From Candidatus Hydrothermia bacterium (GTDB taxonomy: Bacteria; Hydrothermota; Hydrothermia; LBFQ01; DSFT01): a stretch of DNA of 37,921 nt. Where the stretch lies: contig JAVVGK010000002.1 in the NCBI GenBank assembly GCA_032249175.1, positions 1 through 37,921 on the forward strand. Reading direction: 5' to 3'. This document shows, piece after piece, positions 1-8,167 of the stretch. The notes beneath the pieces were generated by a model. It searched no databases. It saw nothing but the letters and a program-made list of their open reading frames with translations, and was not told where the DNA came from. Position 1 is the stretch's first letter. Each line of letters starts with the position of its first letter. Both the position numbers and the translations under genes were made by a program.

Positions 1-23
1 TTTCAGAATTATTGGATAAAGCA
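1..23 (+). repeat. Repeat box copy (TTTCAGAATTATTGGATAAAGCA) at window start
   Basis: Near-identical to boxes at 5618-5640(-), 5800-5819(+), 20053-20075(-), 20171-20187(+) and 37891-37913(+). Confidence 0.85.
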
Positions 24-40
24 TAAATCATATACTTCAT

Positions 41-54
41 GCTTTAAAATTTTC
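41..54 (+). promoter_or_regulatory. Promoter-like motif GCTTTAAAATTTTC (TAAAAT -10-type core)
   Basis: 3 nt upstream of ATG 58, with no SD. The same motif recurs before other operon-first genes and the tRNA. Confidence 0.6.
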
Positions 55-57
55 AAA

Positions 58-1446
58 ATGAAAAAAAATGTTATTTTTCTATTTATTCTTGCTTGCTCAT
101 TTGTGGAAGGTGATAAATTAAAAACTGAATATGAAGAATGGTTTTCAAGTTATATTAGAGGCGTAAAAGTTGGTTATAATTACTATTCTATTAAAAAGGT
201 TTTAAATCATTATGAAGTTAAGGAAAAAGCAGTTTTAAAACTTAAAATGCTTGGACAAGATAAAGAGCTTATAACATTTACTAATGTAAAATTAGATAAG
301 AATTTAAAGACAACAGAATTTTCCTTTGAGCTTAAAACAGATGTTCAAGTGAAAGCAAAAGGAGAAGTTAAAAATAATAAGTTAATAGTTGAGTTGGAAG
401 GAACTAATATGCCTAAAACAAAAAGGACTTATGAATTAAAACATGAATTTTACTTACCTCAAAGTTGGTGGGCTGTAATTTTGCTTGGAAAAGAGCCTCC
501 AAAAGAAATGGATGTTTATGACCCTACGAATTTTGTCTTAGGTAGTGCCAAAAGTGAAAAGCTTGGATTTATTGAAACTGAATATAATGGAAATATAGTT
601 AAGGCATTAGCTTATAGAACTGATATGTTTGGCGCTCAAACAACAATTTATATTTATAATAATAAAATCATTAAAGTTGAGTCACCATTTGATATAACAC
701 TAATTAGTGAGCCTATGGAAAAAGCAACGAAAATTGGTGAAGAAAAATTAGATGTTCTTTTAATGTTTGCCATAAAACCAGAAGGCTCATTTAATCCTGA
801 AAAAGATACAATTTTAATTTTACAACTTGATAGTTTGAGAGGAAATTTAGTATTGGATTTTGGTGCTCAAAGTTTGTTAGAAAAAAATAATTCTTCTGCT
901 AAAATAAAAATAGTAAAACAAAATTTATCTATTTTAAATGAAAAAGATACGATTATCCCTGATAGTATAAAAATTTATCTTCAACCTGATGGATTTGCTC
1001 AGTCTGACCATCCAAGAATAAAGAAGCTTGCTTATGAAATTACGAAAGATAAAAAAACAAGTTTGGAAAAAGCAAGAGCAATAATGTATTGGGTATGGAC
1101 TAATTTGGAAAAAAAACCAACTGTAAGTGTTCCTAATGCAATTGAAGTTTTGGATATGGGTTATGGTGATTGTAATGAGCATTCAGTTTTATATACAGCA
1201 TTAGCAAGGGCAGTAGGAATTCCAACTGATATTGTTGTTGGACTTATATATGAAAATGGTAGATTCTATTATCATGCTTGGAATGCTTCTTATATAAATG
1301 GTAAATGGATATGGATTGACCCTGTTTTTGGACAATTTCCTGCGAATGTGGGACATTTAATGCTTCAAAGAGGCTCAATTGATAAGCAAGCTGAAATTAT
1401 GGGTGTTGTTGGTAAATTAAGTATAAAAGTTTTAAGTGTGAATTGA
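58..1446 (+). CDS. Exported protein with C-terminal transglutaminase-like (Cys-His-Asp) core domain
   Basis: 462-aa ORF. N-terminal hydrophobic signal-like segment MKKNVIFLFILAC. C-terminal GYGDCNEHSVLYTALARAVGIP...YYHAWN...WIWIDP fits the transglutaminase-core pattern. The ATG lies 3 nt after promoter-like motif 41-54. Confidence 0.75.
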   Translation: MKKNVIFLFILACSFVEGDKLKTEYEEWFSSYIRGVKVGYNYYSIKKVLNHYEVKEKAVLKLKMLGQDKELITFTNVKLDKNLKTTEFSFELKTDVQVKAKGEVKNNKLIVELEGTNMPKTKRTYELKHEFYLPQSWWAVILLGKEPPKEMDVYDPTNFVLGSAKSEKLGFIETEYNGNIVKALAYRTDMFGAQTTIYIYNNKIIKVESPFDITLISEPMEKATKIGEEKLDVLLMFAIKPEGSFNPEKDTILILQLDSLRGNLVLDFGAQSLLEKNNSSAKIKIVKQNLSILNEKDTIIPDSIKIYLQPDGFAQSDHPRIKKLAYEITKDKKTSLEKARAIMYWVWTNLEKKPTVSVPNAIEVLDMGYGDCNEHSVLYTALARAVGIPTDIVVGLIYENGRFYYHAWNASYINGKWIWIDPVFGQFPANVGHLMLQRGSIDKQAEIMGVVGKLSIKVLSVN

Positions 1447-3146
1447 TGAATTTAAGAGTTGCTATTTGTCAAATTAATTCAAAAATTGGAGACTTTGAAT
1501 ATAATATGAAAAAAATTTTAGAATTTATTGAAAAATCAAGAGAATATAATGCTGATTTAATTGTTTTTCCAGAGCTTGCTTTAACAGGATATTTAATTGA
1601 AGATTTAGCATTAAGACCGAGTTTTATTAATCAAAACATTAAAACATTAAAAAAAATAAGTCAATATGTAAATAATGAAGTTGTAATAATTGGATTTGTT
1701 AATGAAAAAAATGGTTTTATTTACAATTCTGCTGGAATTTTATATAAAGGGGAAATTATTGGAACAATTGAAAAATTTCATCTTCCAAATTATTTAACAT
1801 TTGACGAAAAAAGAATTTTTAAAGGAGGTCAGGAGTATAAAATTTTAAATATAAGTGGATATAAAGTTGGGATTGTAATTTGTCAAGATATTTGGCATCC
1901 TGATGGACCAATGAGAAAATATAGTATTTATGGAATAGACTTGGGAATTGTTATAAATGGCTCTCCATATCATGTTTCAAAGCAAGAAGAAAGAGAGCAT
2001 TTAATTATATCAAGAAATATAGACAATTTAATTCCAATAATTTATGTTAATCTTGTTGGTGGAGAAGATGATTTAGTTTTTGATGGTAGGAGTTTTGTAG
2101 TAAATGATGGAAAAGTTATTTCAAGGGCAAAAGCATTTGAAGAAGATTTAATGATTATAGATATTCCTAAAAGTTATTCACTAAAAAGTAAAATTCATCA
2201 AAATCGTTTAAATGAACATAAATTAGATGTTGAAATTAAGGAGATTTTTATTAATAAAGAGCTAAAAAATAATTTTCAATTTTTGGGATTTTTAAATGAA
2301 AATCCAATTTTTGAAGAAGAAGTTTATAAAGCAGTTTTATTAGGTTTGAAGGATTATGTTTTAAAAAGTGGTTTTAATAAAGTTATTGTTGGAATATCAG
2401 GAGGAATAGATTCTGCTTTAACTACTGTTTTGTGTGTGGATGCTTTTGGAAATGATAATGTTATTGGTGTTTGGATGGGCAGTAAATATAATAAAATTGA
2501 AAGTTATGAGGATGCTAAAATGCTTTCAAAAAACTTACATATAGAATTTTTAGAATTTAATATAGACAAAATTTTTGAAAGTTATATTCTTGAACTTAAA
2601 AAGAGCTTTAAAAATTATATTCAAGATAAAACAGAGGAAAATTTACAATCAAGAATAAGAGGAAATATCCTTATGAGTTTATCAAATAAATTTAATGCTC
2701 TTGTTATATCAACAGGTAATAAGAGTGAGTATGCTGTTGGTTATGCTACACTTTATGGTGATATGGTTGGTGCTTATGCTCCATTAAAAGATGTTTATAA
2801 AACTTGGATTTATAGAATTGCTAAATGGAGAAATGAAAAAAATAATGTTATTCCTGAAAGGATTTTTAAAAAGAGACCTTCTGCTGAATTAAGAGAAAAT
2901 CAATATGATGAAGATGAAATAGGCTCTTATGAAATTTTGGATAAAATTATTAAATTTTTTGTTGAGGATGATTTATCAAAAGAAGAAATTTTGAAATTCG
3001 TTAATGATGAAAGTTATTTAAATAAAGTTTTGGAAATGATAAGAAAAAATGAATTTAAAAGGAAACAAAGTCCATTAGGTCCTAAAATAACAAAAAGGGC
3101 ATTTTATAGAGATAGAAGATATCCAAACACTAATATTTTTCTATGA
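1443..3146 (+). CDS. nadE: Glutamine-dependent NAD+ synthetase (N-terminal CN-hydrolase/nitrilase domain + C-terminal NAD synthetase)
   Basis: 567-aa ORF. The N-terminal half has carbon-nitrogen hydrolase features (FPELALTGY, VICQDIWHP). The C-terminal half has the PP-loop GISGGIDSA and STGNKSE...GY.TLYGD motifs. ATGA-type overlap with the upstream gene. Confidence 0.9.
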   Translation: MMNLRVAICQINSKIGDFEYNMKKILEFIEKSREYNADLIVFPELALTGYLIEDLALRPSFINQNIKTLKKISQYVNNEVVIIGFVNEKNGFIYNSAGILYKGEIIGTIEKFHLPNYLTFDEKRIFKGGQEYKILNISGYKVGIVICQDIWHPDGPMRKYSIYGIDLGIVINGSPYHVSKQEEREHLIISRNIDNLIPIIYVNLVGGEDDLVFDGRSFVVNDGKVISRAKAFEEDLMIIDIPKSYSLKSKIHQNRLNEHKLDVEIKEIFINKELKNNFQFLGFLNENPIFEEEVYKAVLLGLKDYVLKSGFNKVIVGISGGIDSALTTVLCVDAFGNDNVIGVWMGSKYNKIESYEDAKMLSKNLHIEFLEFNIDKIFESYILELKKSFKNYIQDKTEENLQSRIRGNILMSLSNKFNALVISTGNKSEYAVGYATLYGDMVGAYAPLKDVYKTWIYRIAKWRNEKNNVIPERIFKKRPSAELRENQYDEDEIGSYEILDKIIKFFVEDDLSKEEILKFVNDESYLNKVLEMIRKNEFKRKQSPLGPKITKRAFYRDRRYPNTNIFL

Positions 3147-5218
3147 TTAACAAAATTCTTGAGCCAAAATCCATAGCAATTATTGGAGCTTCAAGAGATG
3201 AAAATAGTGTTGGCTTTGGTATATTAAGAAATGTTATTTTTAATGGATATAAAGGTATTGTTTATCCTGTAAATCCAAATGCCAAATCTATAATGGGTGT
3301 TAGGTGTTATAAGAATGTTTTAGAGATAGAGGATGAAGTAGATTTAGCGGTAGTTGTAGTTCCTTCAAGAGTTGTTAAGGATGTTCTTATTGATTGTGGT
3401 AAAAAAAATGTAAATTATGCTATTGTTATAAGTTCGGGATTTAGGGAAATTGGGCAAGAAGGTTTAAAATTGGAAAATGAAATTATTGAAATAGCAAAAA
3501 GCTATAATATAAGAATTCTTGGTCCAAATTGCTTTGGAATTATAAATACTGATAAGAAAATTTCATTAAATTTAACATTTTCAAAACAAATTTTAAGAGA
3601 AGGTAATATAGCATTTATTAGTCAAAGTGGTGCTTTAACAGCAGGTGTTTTAGATTATGCGAAAGATAAAAATATAGGTTTTAGTAAAGTTATAACACTT
3701 GGTAATAAAGCAGATTTAAATGAAATTGACTTTTTAAATTATTTGAAAGATGACCCTTCAACTAAGGTAATTTTATTGTACTTGGAAGATGTTTCAAAGG
3801 GTAGAGAGTTTCTTGAAGTAGCAAGGGAAATTACGGAAAATTACAAACCAATTTTAGCTATAAAATCTGGAAGAACATATGAGGGAGCAAAAGCAGTTAG
3901 TTCTCATACAGGCTCATTAACAAGCTCAGATGAATTATATGAAGCACTTTTTAGACAAAGTGGTGTTATAAGAGTTGAAAGTGTTGAGGAATTATTTAAT
4001 TATGGATTGGCTTTTTCACTAATTGATATTCCAAAGTCAAATAGAGTAGTAATTCTAACTAATGCTGGTGGTCCTGGTATTATGGCTGTTGATAGTGCTA
4101 TTAGAAATAAATTAAAAGTTCCTGAAATATCAGAAGAGACAAAGGAAAAATTGAGTAAAATTTTACCAAAATTTGCCTCACTTAAAAATCCCGTAGATAC
4201 AACAGCAAATATAAATCCTAATGAATATAAAATGGCTTTAAAAATTTTGGATGAAGATAGTCAATTTGATGGTATAATAGCAATTGTTGTTAGGGCTTAT
4301 ACTATGGATATAAATGAATTTTGTGATGAAATTATTGATATTTATAAACAAATTAAAAAACCTTTAATGATTTGTCTTATGGGCATAGTTGAAATTGAGG
4401 AAGGTTTAAAGAAATTACAATCTGCTAAAATTCCAACATATAGTTTTCCAGAGGATGCTGTAAAAAGTTTTGCCAAATTATATGAATATAGAACATGGCT
4501 TGAAAGACCAAGAACAAAAATCAAAACATTTAATGTAAATAAAATGAAAGCATTAGAAATTTTGAAATTTTCAGAAACTTCAAAAGAAGGTTTTATATCA
4601 GAGGATAAAGCATTTGAAATTTTAAAAATTTATGGGTTTAATGTTGCTCCATATGGTATTGCACATAGCCTGGATGAAGCTATTATTATTTCTGAAAGTT
4701 TAGGATTTCCATTAGTTTTAAAAATTATCTCAAAAGAAATTATTCATAAATTTGATGTTGGTGGTGTAAGAATAAATATAAAAAATTTTGAAGATTTAAA
4801 AGAAAATTTTTTAGATTTAGAAAGAAGTTTTAAGGATAAAATTGAAGGCATTATTGTTCAGAAAATGATTAAAGAAGGTTATGAGTTGATACTTGGTGCT
4901 AAAAGAGATGAGAAATTTGGTCCAATTATACTATTTGGACTTGGTGGTATTTATGTAGAAGTTTTAAAAGATATAACATTTAGATTAGCTCCTATTAGAG
5001 AATTCAGTGCTTATAGAATGATTGAAGAAATTAAAGGTTATGAAATTTTAAAAGGAGCAAGAGGACAGAAAGTTGTTAATTTTGAAAAATTGGCAGAAAG
5101 CATAGAAAGAATTTCTCAACTTATTGTTGATTTGGAAGATATAAAAGAAATAGATATAAATCCGATTATTGCTAATGAAGAAGATAGCTTTGTTGTAGAT
5201 GTTAGAATAAAACTTTGA
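3143..5218 (+). CDS. ADP-forming acetyl-CoA synthetase / acetate--CoA ligase family protein (fused CoA-binding, ligase-CoA and ATP-grasp domains)
   Basis: 691-aa ORF. N-terminus KSIAIIGASRDENSVGFGILRN...GYKGIVYPVNP (CoA-binding). ISQSGAL and SHTGSL segments. C-terminal ATP-grasp-like region (LVLKIIS...HKFDVGGV). Overlaps the nadE stop. Confidence 0.85.
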   Translation: MINKILEPKSIAIIGASRDENSVGFGILRNVIFNGYKGIVYPVNPNAKSIMGVRCYKNVLEIEDEVDLAVVVVPSRVVKDVLIDCGKKNVNYAIVISSGFREIGQEGLKLENEIIEIAKSYNIRILGPNCFGIINTDKKISLNLTFSKQILREGNIAFISQSGALTAGVLDYAKDKNIGFSKVITLGNKADLNEIDFLNYLKDDPSTKVILLYLEDVSKGREFLEVAREITENYKPILAIKSGRTYEGAKAVSSHTGSLTSSDELYEALFRQSGVIRVESVEELFNYGLAFSLIDIPKSNRVVILTNAGGPGIMAVDSAIRNKLKVPEISEETKEKLSKILPKFASLKNPVDTTANINPNEYKMALKILDEDSQFDGIIAIVVRAYTMDINEFCDEIIDIYKQIKKPLMICLMGIVEIEEGLKKLQSAKIPTYSFPEDAVKSFAKLYEYRTWLERPRTKIKTFNVNKMKALEILKFSETSKEGFISEDKAFEILKIYGFNVAPYGIAHSLDEAIIISESLGFPLVLKIISKEIIHKFDVGGVRINIKNFEDLKENFLDLERSFKDKIEGIIVQKMIKEGYELILGAKRDEKFGPIILFGLGGIYVEVLKDITFRLAPIREFSAYRMIEEIKGYEILKGARGQKVVNFEKLAESIERISQLIVDLEDIKEIDINPIIANEEDSFVVDVRIKL

Positions 5219-5228
5219 ACTGGTTTAT

Positions 5229-5576
5229 TCAACCCTTAATTTTATTTTTATTTAATTCATCTTCAATAACATTAAGCCAAGCTAATAAATATCCTTTCCT
5301 AATAATTTTTTCTACTTCATCATCATATTGCTCATCAGGTGGTTTAAGAATTGATAAAATAATAGCTTTGGATAATGCTTCTACTATATCTTCTATACTA
5401 CTATTTATAAATTCGGAGAAAACTGAGGGAAATTCTTGCGAGTATTTTTGATAAAATTCATTCCTAATCTCATCAAGAATTTCCTTATTTTCATTTTCAA
5501 TATTCATATTTCTAATTTCTTCAATAAGTGCTTTCCTAACATTTAAAAGAATTCTTTCCCTTAACATTTCAATCAT
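5229..5576 (-). CDS. Hypothetical small acidic, predicted all-helical protein
   Basis: The ORF track gives 5229-5666, but residues encoded by 5618-5640 (SRIIGQSN) come from the repeat box. The internal ATG at 5576 sits 9 nt downstream of a perfect promoter-like motif (5586-5599), so the shorter start is preferred. No family recognised. Confidence 0.55.
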   Translation of the reverse strand: MIEMLRERILLNVRKALIEEIRNMNIENENKEILDEIRNEFYQKYSQEFPSVFSEFINSSIEDIVEALSKAIILSILKPPDEQYDDEVEKIIRKGYLLAWLNVIEDELNKNKIKG

Positions 5577-5585
5577 ATTTAGAAA

Positions 5586-5599
5586 GAAAATTTTAAAGC
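5586..5599 (-). promoter_or_regulatory. Promoter-like motif GCTTTAAAATTTTC
   Basis: 9 nt upstream of ATG 5576 (minus strand) and 18 nt downstream of box 5618-5640. Confidence 0.55.
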
Positions 5600-5677
5600 T
5601 TTTAATTTCTAATTTGTTGCTTTGTCCAATAATTCTGGAATATAGATTATTCCTTATTTTTCCCACCCGCCCTGAAA

Positions 5678-5694
5678 ATAAGGCTTCGCCTTAT
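5678..5694. other. Hairpin ATAAGGC-TTC-GCCTTAT (7-bp stem, 3-nt loop) inside the repeat element
   Basis: Direct inspection of complementarity. Confidence 0.8.
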
Positions 5695-5714
5695 AAATAC
5701 CCATCTTTTGCTTT

Positions 5715-5731
5715 GGGGGGCTTCGCCCCCC
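5715..5731. other. Hairpin GGGGGGC-TTC-GCCCCCC (7-bp all-GC stem, 3-nt loop) inside the repeat element
   Basis: Direct inspection. Same GGC-TTC-GCC core as hairpin 5678-5694. Confidence 0.8.
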
Positions 5732-5806
5732 TTAAATCCCCCATTAAATCAATAGTTTTAGAAAATTTTTTATAACTTATTGATTGTCAAGAACTTAACA
5801 ATAATT

Positions 5807-5833
5807 ATTGGACAAAGCACTAATTTGTCCAAT
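5807..5833. other. Hairpin/palindrome ATTGGACAAA-GCACTAA-TTTGTCCAAT formed by the right box and an adjacent inverted half-box
   Basis: 10-bp perfect complementarity with a 7-nt loop, by direct inspection. Confidence 0.75.
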
Positions 5834-5846
5834 TCTGCTTCACTTG

Positions 5847-5860
5847 ACTTTAAAATTTTC
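5847..5860 (+). promoter_or_regulatory. Promoter-like motif ACTTTAAAATTTTC
   Basis: 5 nt upstream of fadN ATG 5866. Confidence 0.6.
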
Positions 5861-5865
5861 GCATT

Positions 5866-8166
5866 ATGAGAAAAGTTGCTGTTCTTGGAGCAGGAACGAT
5901 GGGTTCTCAAATAGCAGCTCATTTGGCAAATAATGGAATAGAAGTTATTCTCCTTGACTTAAATAAAGATATAGCTAAAAATGGCTTAAAAAGAGCATTA
6001 GAAATAAATCCGCCTGCCTTTATGGATAAGGAATTTAAAAATTTTATAAAAATTGGAGGATTTGATAGTGATTTTGAATTAATAAAAGATGCTGATTGGA
6101 TAATTGAAGCAGTTGTTGAAAAAATTGAAGTTAAAAGAGAGGTTTTTGATAAAGTTGAAAAATATAGAAAAAATAATAGTATTGTTTCTTCAAATACATC
6201 GGGAATTCCTATAAAATTGCTTGCTGAAAATAGAAGCGATAATTTTAAAGAGCATTTCCTTGGAACCCATTTCTTTAATCCTCCAAGATATATGAAATTG
6301 CTTGAAATTATACCAACTGAATGGACAAAAAAAGAAGTTATAGAAAAAATAAAAGAATTTTGTGAGGATGTTCTTGGTAAAGGAATTGTTTTTTCAAAAG
6401 ATACCCCAAACTTTATTGCTAATAGAATAGGAACATTTTCTATAATGATGGTTTTTAAACTTATAGATGAGATGGATTTAAAAATTGAGGAAGTAGATTA
6501 TTTAACAGGAGAATTAATTGGAAGACCCAGAACAGGAACATTTAGATTAGCTGATTTGGTTGGAATTGATGTTTTATATAATGTTGCTAAGAATTTAGAA
6601 AATCTTTTAACTAATGATGAATTTAAAGATGTTTTTAAAATTCCTCAATTTCTTAATGAAATGGTAAGTAGAAATTTAATTGGTGATAAAGTTAAATCAG
6701 GGTTTTATAAAAGGGAAAATAATAAACGTTTTGTTATTGATTTAAAAACACTTGAATACAGAGAAGCAATTAATGTAAATATTCCTGAGTTTTTCCAAAT
6801 TCAAAATATGGAAAATTTAGAAGATAGAATAAGGGCTATATTTAGTTTGAATACAAAGCATGCAGAATTTCTTAAAAAATTACTAACTTCAATTCTTGTT
6901 TATAGCGTAAATAGGATTGGTGAAATTGCTGATGATATTGTTAATATAGATAATGCATTAAAGTGGGGTTTTAATTGGAAATTAGGACCATTTGAAACAA
7001 TTGATGTTATCTCAAAAGAAAACTTTGAAAAATTGGTTAATTCCTATAATTTTCCATTAAATAAGGAAATTCCTGAAAAGTTTTATAAGGATAAAATGTT
7101 TTATGATTACAATTCAAGGAGTTATAAGCCAATTGAAAGAAGAAAGGAAATTATTATTATTTCTGAAATAAAAAAAGAAAATAAGGTTATTCTTGAAAAT
7201 TCAGAAGCAAGTTTAATTGATTTAAATGATGGTGTTTTATTATTAGAATTTCATTCAAAAGCTAATACTATTGGTATAGGAACAATTCAAATGTTAAATA
7301 GTGCTTTGGATATTCTTGAAAAGGAGAAAAAATTTATTGGACTTGTAATAACAAATGATGATGAAAGAAACTTTTCAGCAGGTGCGAATTTAGGTTTAAT
7401 TGCTATGTCAATTGGAGAGGGGGCATTTGATGAAATTGAAAGAGCAGTTTTAAACTTCCAAAAAGTTAATATGAGAATGAAGTACTTTAAAAAGCCAATA
7501 GTAGCGGGAGCATTTGGTATAGCGGTTGGTGGTGGTTGTGAGTTATTATTACATACTCATAGAATTGTTGCTCATAGTGAATTATACACGGGGCTTGTTG
7601 AAGTTGGAGTTGGGCTTATTCCTGCAGGTGGTGGCACAAAAGAATTTACAATAAGAGCATTAAATTATCCACAAGATGCTGAAAATTATGATGTTTTACC
7701 AATTTTTAGATTATATCTTGAAAATATAGGAAAGGCAAAGGTTAGCTCTTCTGCCTATGAGGCAAAAAATATGGGTATTTTGAAAGATGGAGATATTATT
7801 ATTTCAAATAGAGATTTTTTAACATATTATGCTAAAAATTTGGTAATTGGTTTATATAATGCTGGATTTAAAGGATTTTATGGTCCTAAAAGAGTTAGAA
7901 TGCTTGGATGGGATGGTTATAGTGCAGTTTTAGCAAGCTTAATAAATTTAAAGAGAGGGAATTTCATAACTGAGCATGATTCATTCATTATTGAAAAACT
8001 TGCTTATGTTATGACAGGAGGACCAGATGTTGCTCCTGGAACAATTTTTGACGAATGGCAAATTCTTGAAAATGAAAGAAAAGTCTTTATTGAGCTTGTT
8101 AAACATCCAAAAACCCAAGAAAGAATTTTTTATTTCCTAAAAAATAGAAAACCATTAAGAAATTAA
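5866..8166 (+). CDS. fadN: Fused 3-hydroxyacyl-CoA dehydrogenase / enoyl-CoA hydratase (FadN-type domain order: N-terminal dehydrogenase, C-terminal crotonase)
   Basis: 766-aa ORF. N-terminal Rossmann motif VAVLGAGTMGSQIA and HFFNPP. C-terminal crotonase-like FSAGANL...GGGCELLL. Promoter-like motif 5847-5860 lies 5 nt upstream. Confidence 0.85.
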   Translation: MRKVAVLGAGTMGSQIAAHLANNGIEVILLDLNKDIAKNGLKRALEINPPAFMDKEFKNFIKIGGFDSDFELIKDADWIIEAVVEKIEVKREVFDKVEKYRKNNSIVSSNTSGIPIKLLAENRSDNFKEHFLGTHFFNPPRYMKLLEIIPTEWTKKEVIEKIKEFCEDVLGKGIVFSKDTPNFIANRIGTFSIMMVFKLIDEMDLKIEEVDYLTGELIGRPRTGTFRLADLVGIDVLYNVAKNLENLLTNDEFKDVFKIPQFLNEMVSRNLIGDKVKSGFYKRENNKRFVIDLKTLEYREAINVNIPEFFQIQNMENLEDRIRAIFSLNTKHAEFLKKLLTSILVYSVNRIGEIADDIVNIDNALKWGFNWKLGPFETIDVISKENFEKLVNSYNFPLNKEIPEKFYKDKMFYDYNSRSYKPIERRKEIIIISEIKKENKVILENSEASLIDLNDGVLLLEFHSKANTIGIGTIQMLNSALDILEKEKKFIGLVITNDDERNFSAGANLGLIAMSIGEGAFDEIERAVLNFQKVNMRMKYFKKPIVAGAFGIAVGGGCELLLHTHRIVAHSELYTGLVEVGVGLIPAGGGTKEFTIRALNYPQDAENYDVLPIFRLYLENIGKAKVSSSAYEAKNMGILKDGDIIISNRDFLTYYAKNLVIGLYNAGFKGFYGPKRVRMLGWDGYSAVLASLINLKRGNFITEHDSFIIEKLAYVMTGGPDVAPGTIFDEWQILENERKVFIELVKHPKTQERIFYFLKNRKPLRN

Positions 8167-8167
8167 A

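Larger units (their letters stand above)
5618..5837. repeat. Most complete copy of the intergenic repeat element (MITE-like): 17-bp perfect inverted termini, two GC-rich hairpins, extra inverted half-box
   Basis: TGCTTTGTCCAATAATT (5618-5634) is the exact reverse complement of AATTATTGGACAAAGCA (5803-5819). The interior aligns with 20053-20187 and, reverse-complemented, with 37801-37921. Confidence 0.85.

Noticed and set aside
934-1182. 82-aa minus-strand ORF inside the transglutaminase-like gene
   Set aside because: It lies wholly antisense within a longer ORF that has recognisable domain motifs. It has a low-complexity, Ile/Phe-rich composition typical of shadow frames in AT-rich DNA.
4342-4524. 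60-aa minus-strand ORF inside the ADP-forming ACS gene
   Set aside because: It is an antisense shadow ORF with no start context or motif support.
5215-5451. 78-aa plus-strand ORF overlapping the acs stop and antisense to the 5229-5576 gene
   Set aside because: It is Ser/Ile-rich and low-complexity, with no promoter-like motif or SD. The opposite-strand ORF has promoter support. Confidence in either is modest, but the minus-strand call is preferred.
5615-5740. CRISPR array, or hammerhead/twister-type ribozyme, in the GC-rich hairpin region
   Set aside because: There are no regularly spaced direct repeats with unique spacers and no cas genes. CUGA occurs, but the CUGAUGA...GAAA hammerhead core and the twister conserved nucleotides are absent. 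The hairpins are not conserved in the other two copies.
5781-5791. TTGATTGTCAA / TTGATAATCAA (20139-20149) palindrome inside the element as a Fur box for the Fur-family protein encoded at 23951
   Set aside because: Only a GATAAT half-site-like match is present, in one copy. It is far short of a 7-1-7 or 19-bp Fur consensus, and in AT-rich DNA this is likely to be chance. It is mentioned only as a conserved TTGA-N3-TCAA feature of the element.
5800-5819. Reading the box TTGGACAAAGCA as a sigma-54 (-24 GG / -12 GC) promoter
   Set aside because: GG and GC are separated by only 5 nt, not the 10 nt required. No bEBP-type activator is present in the window.
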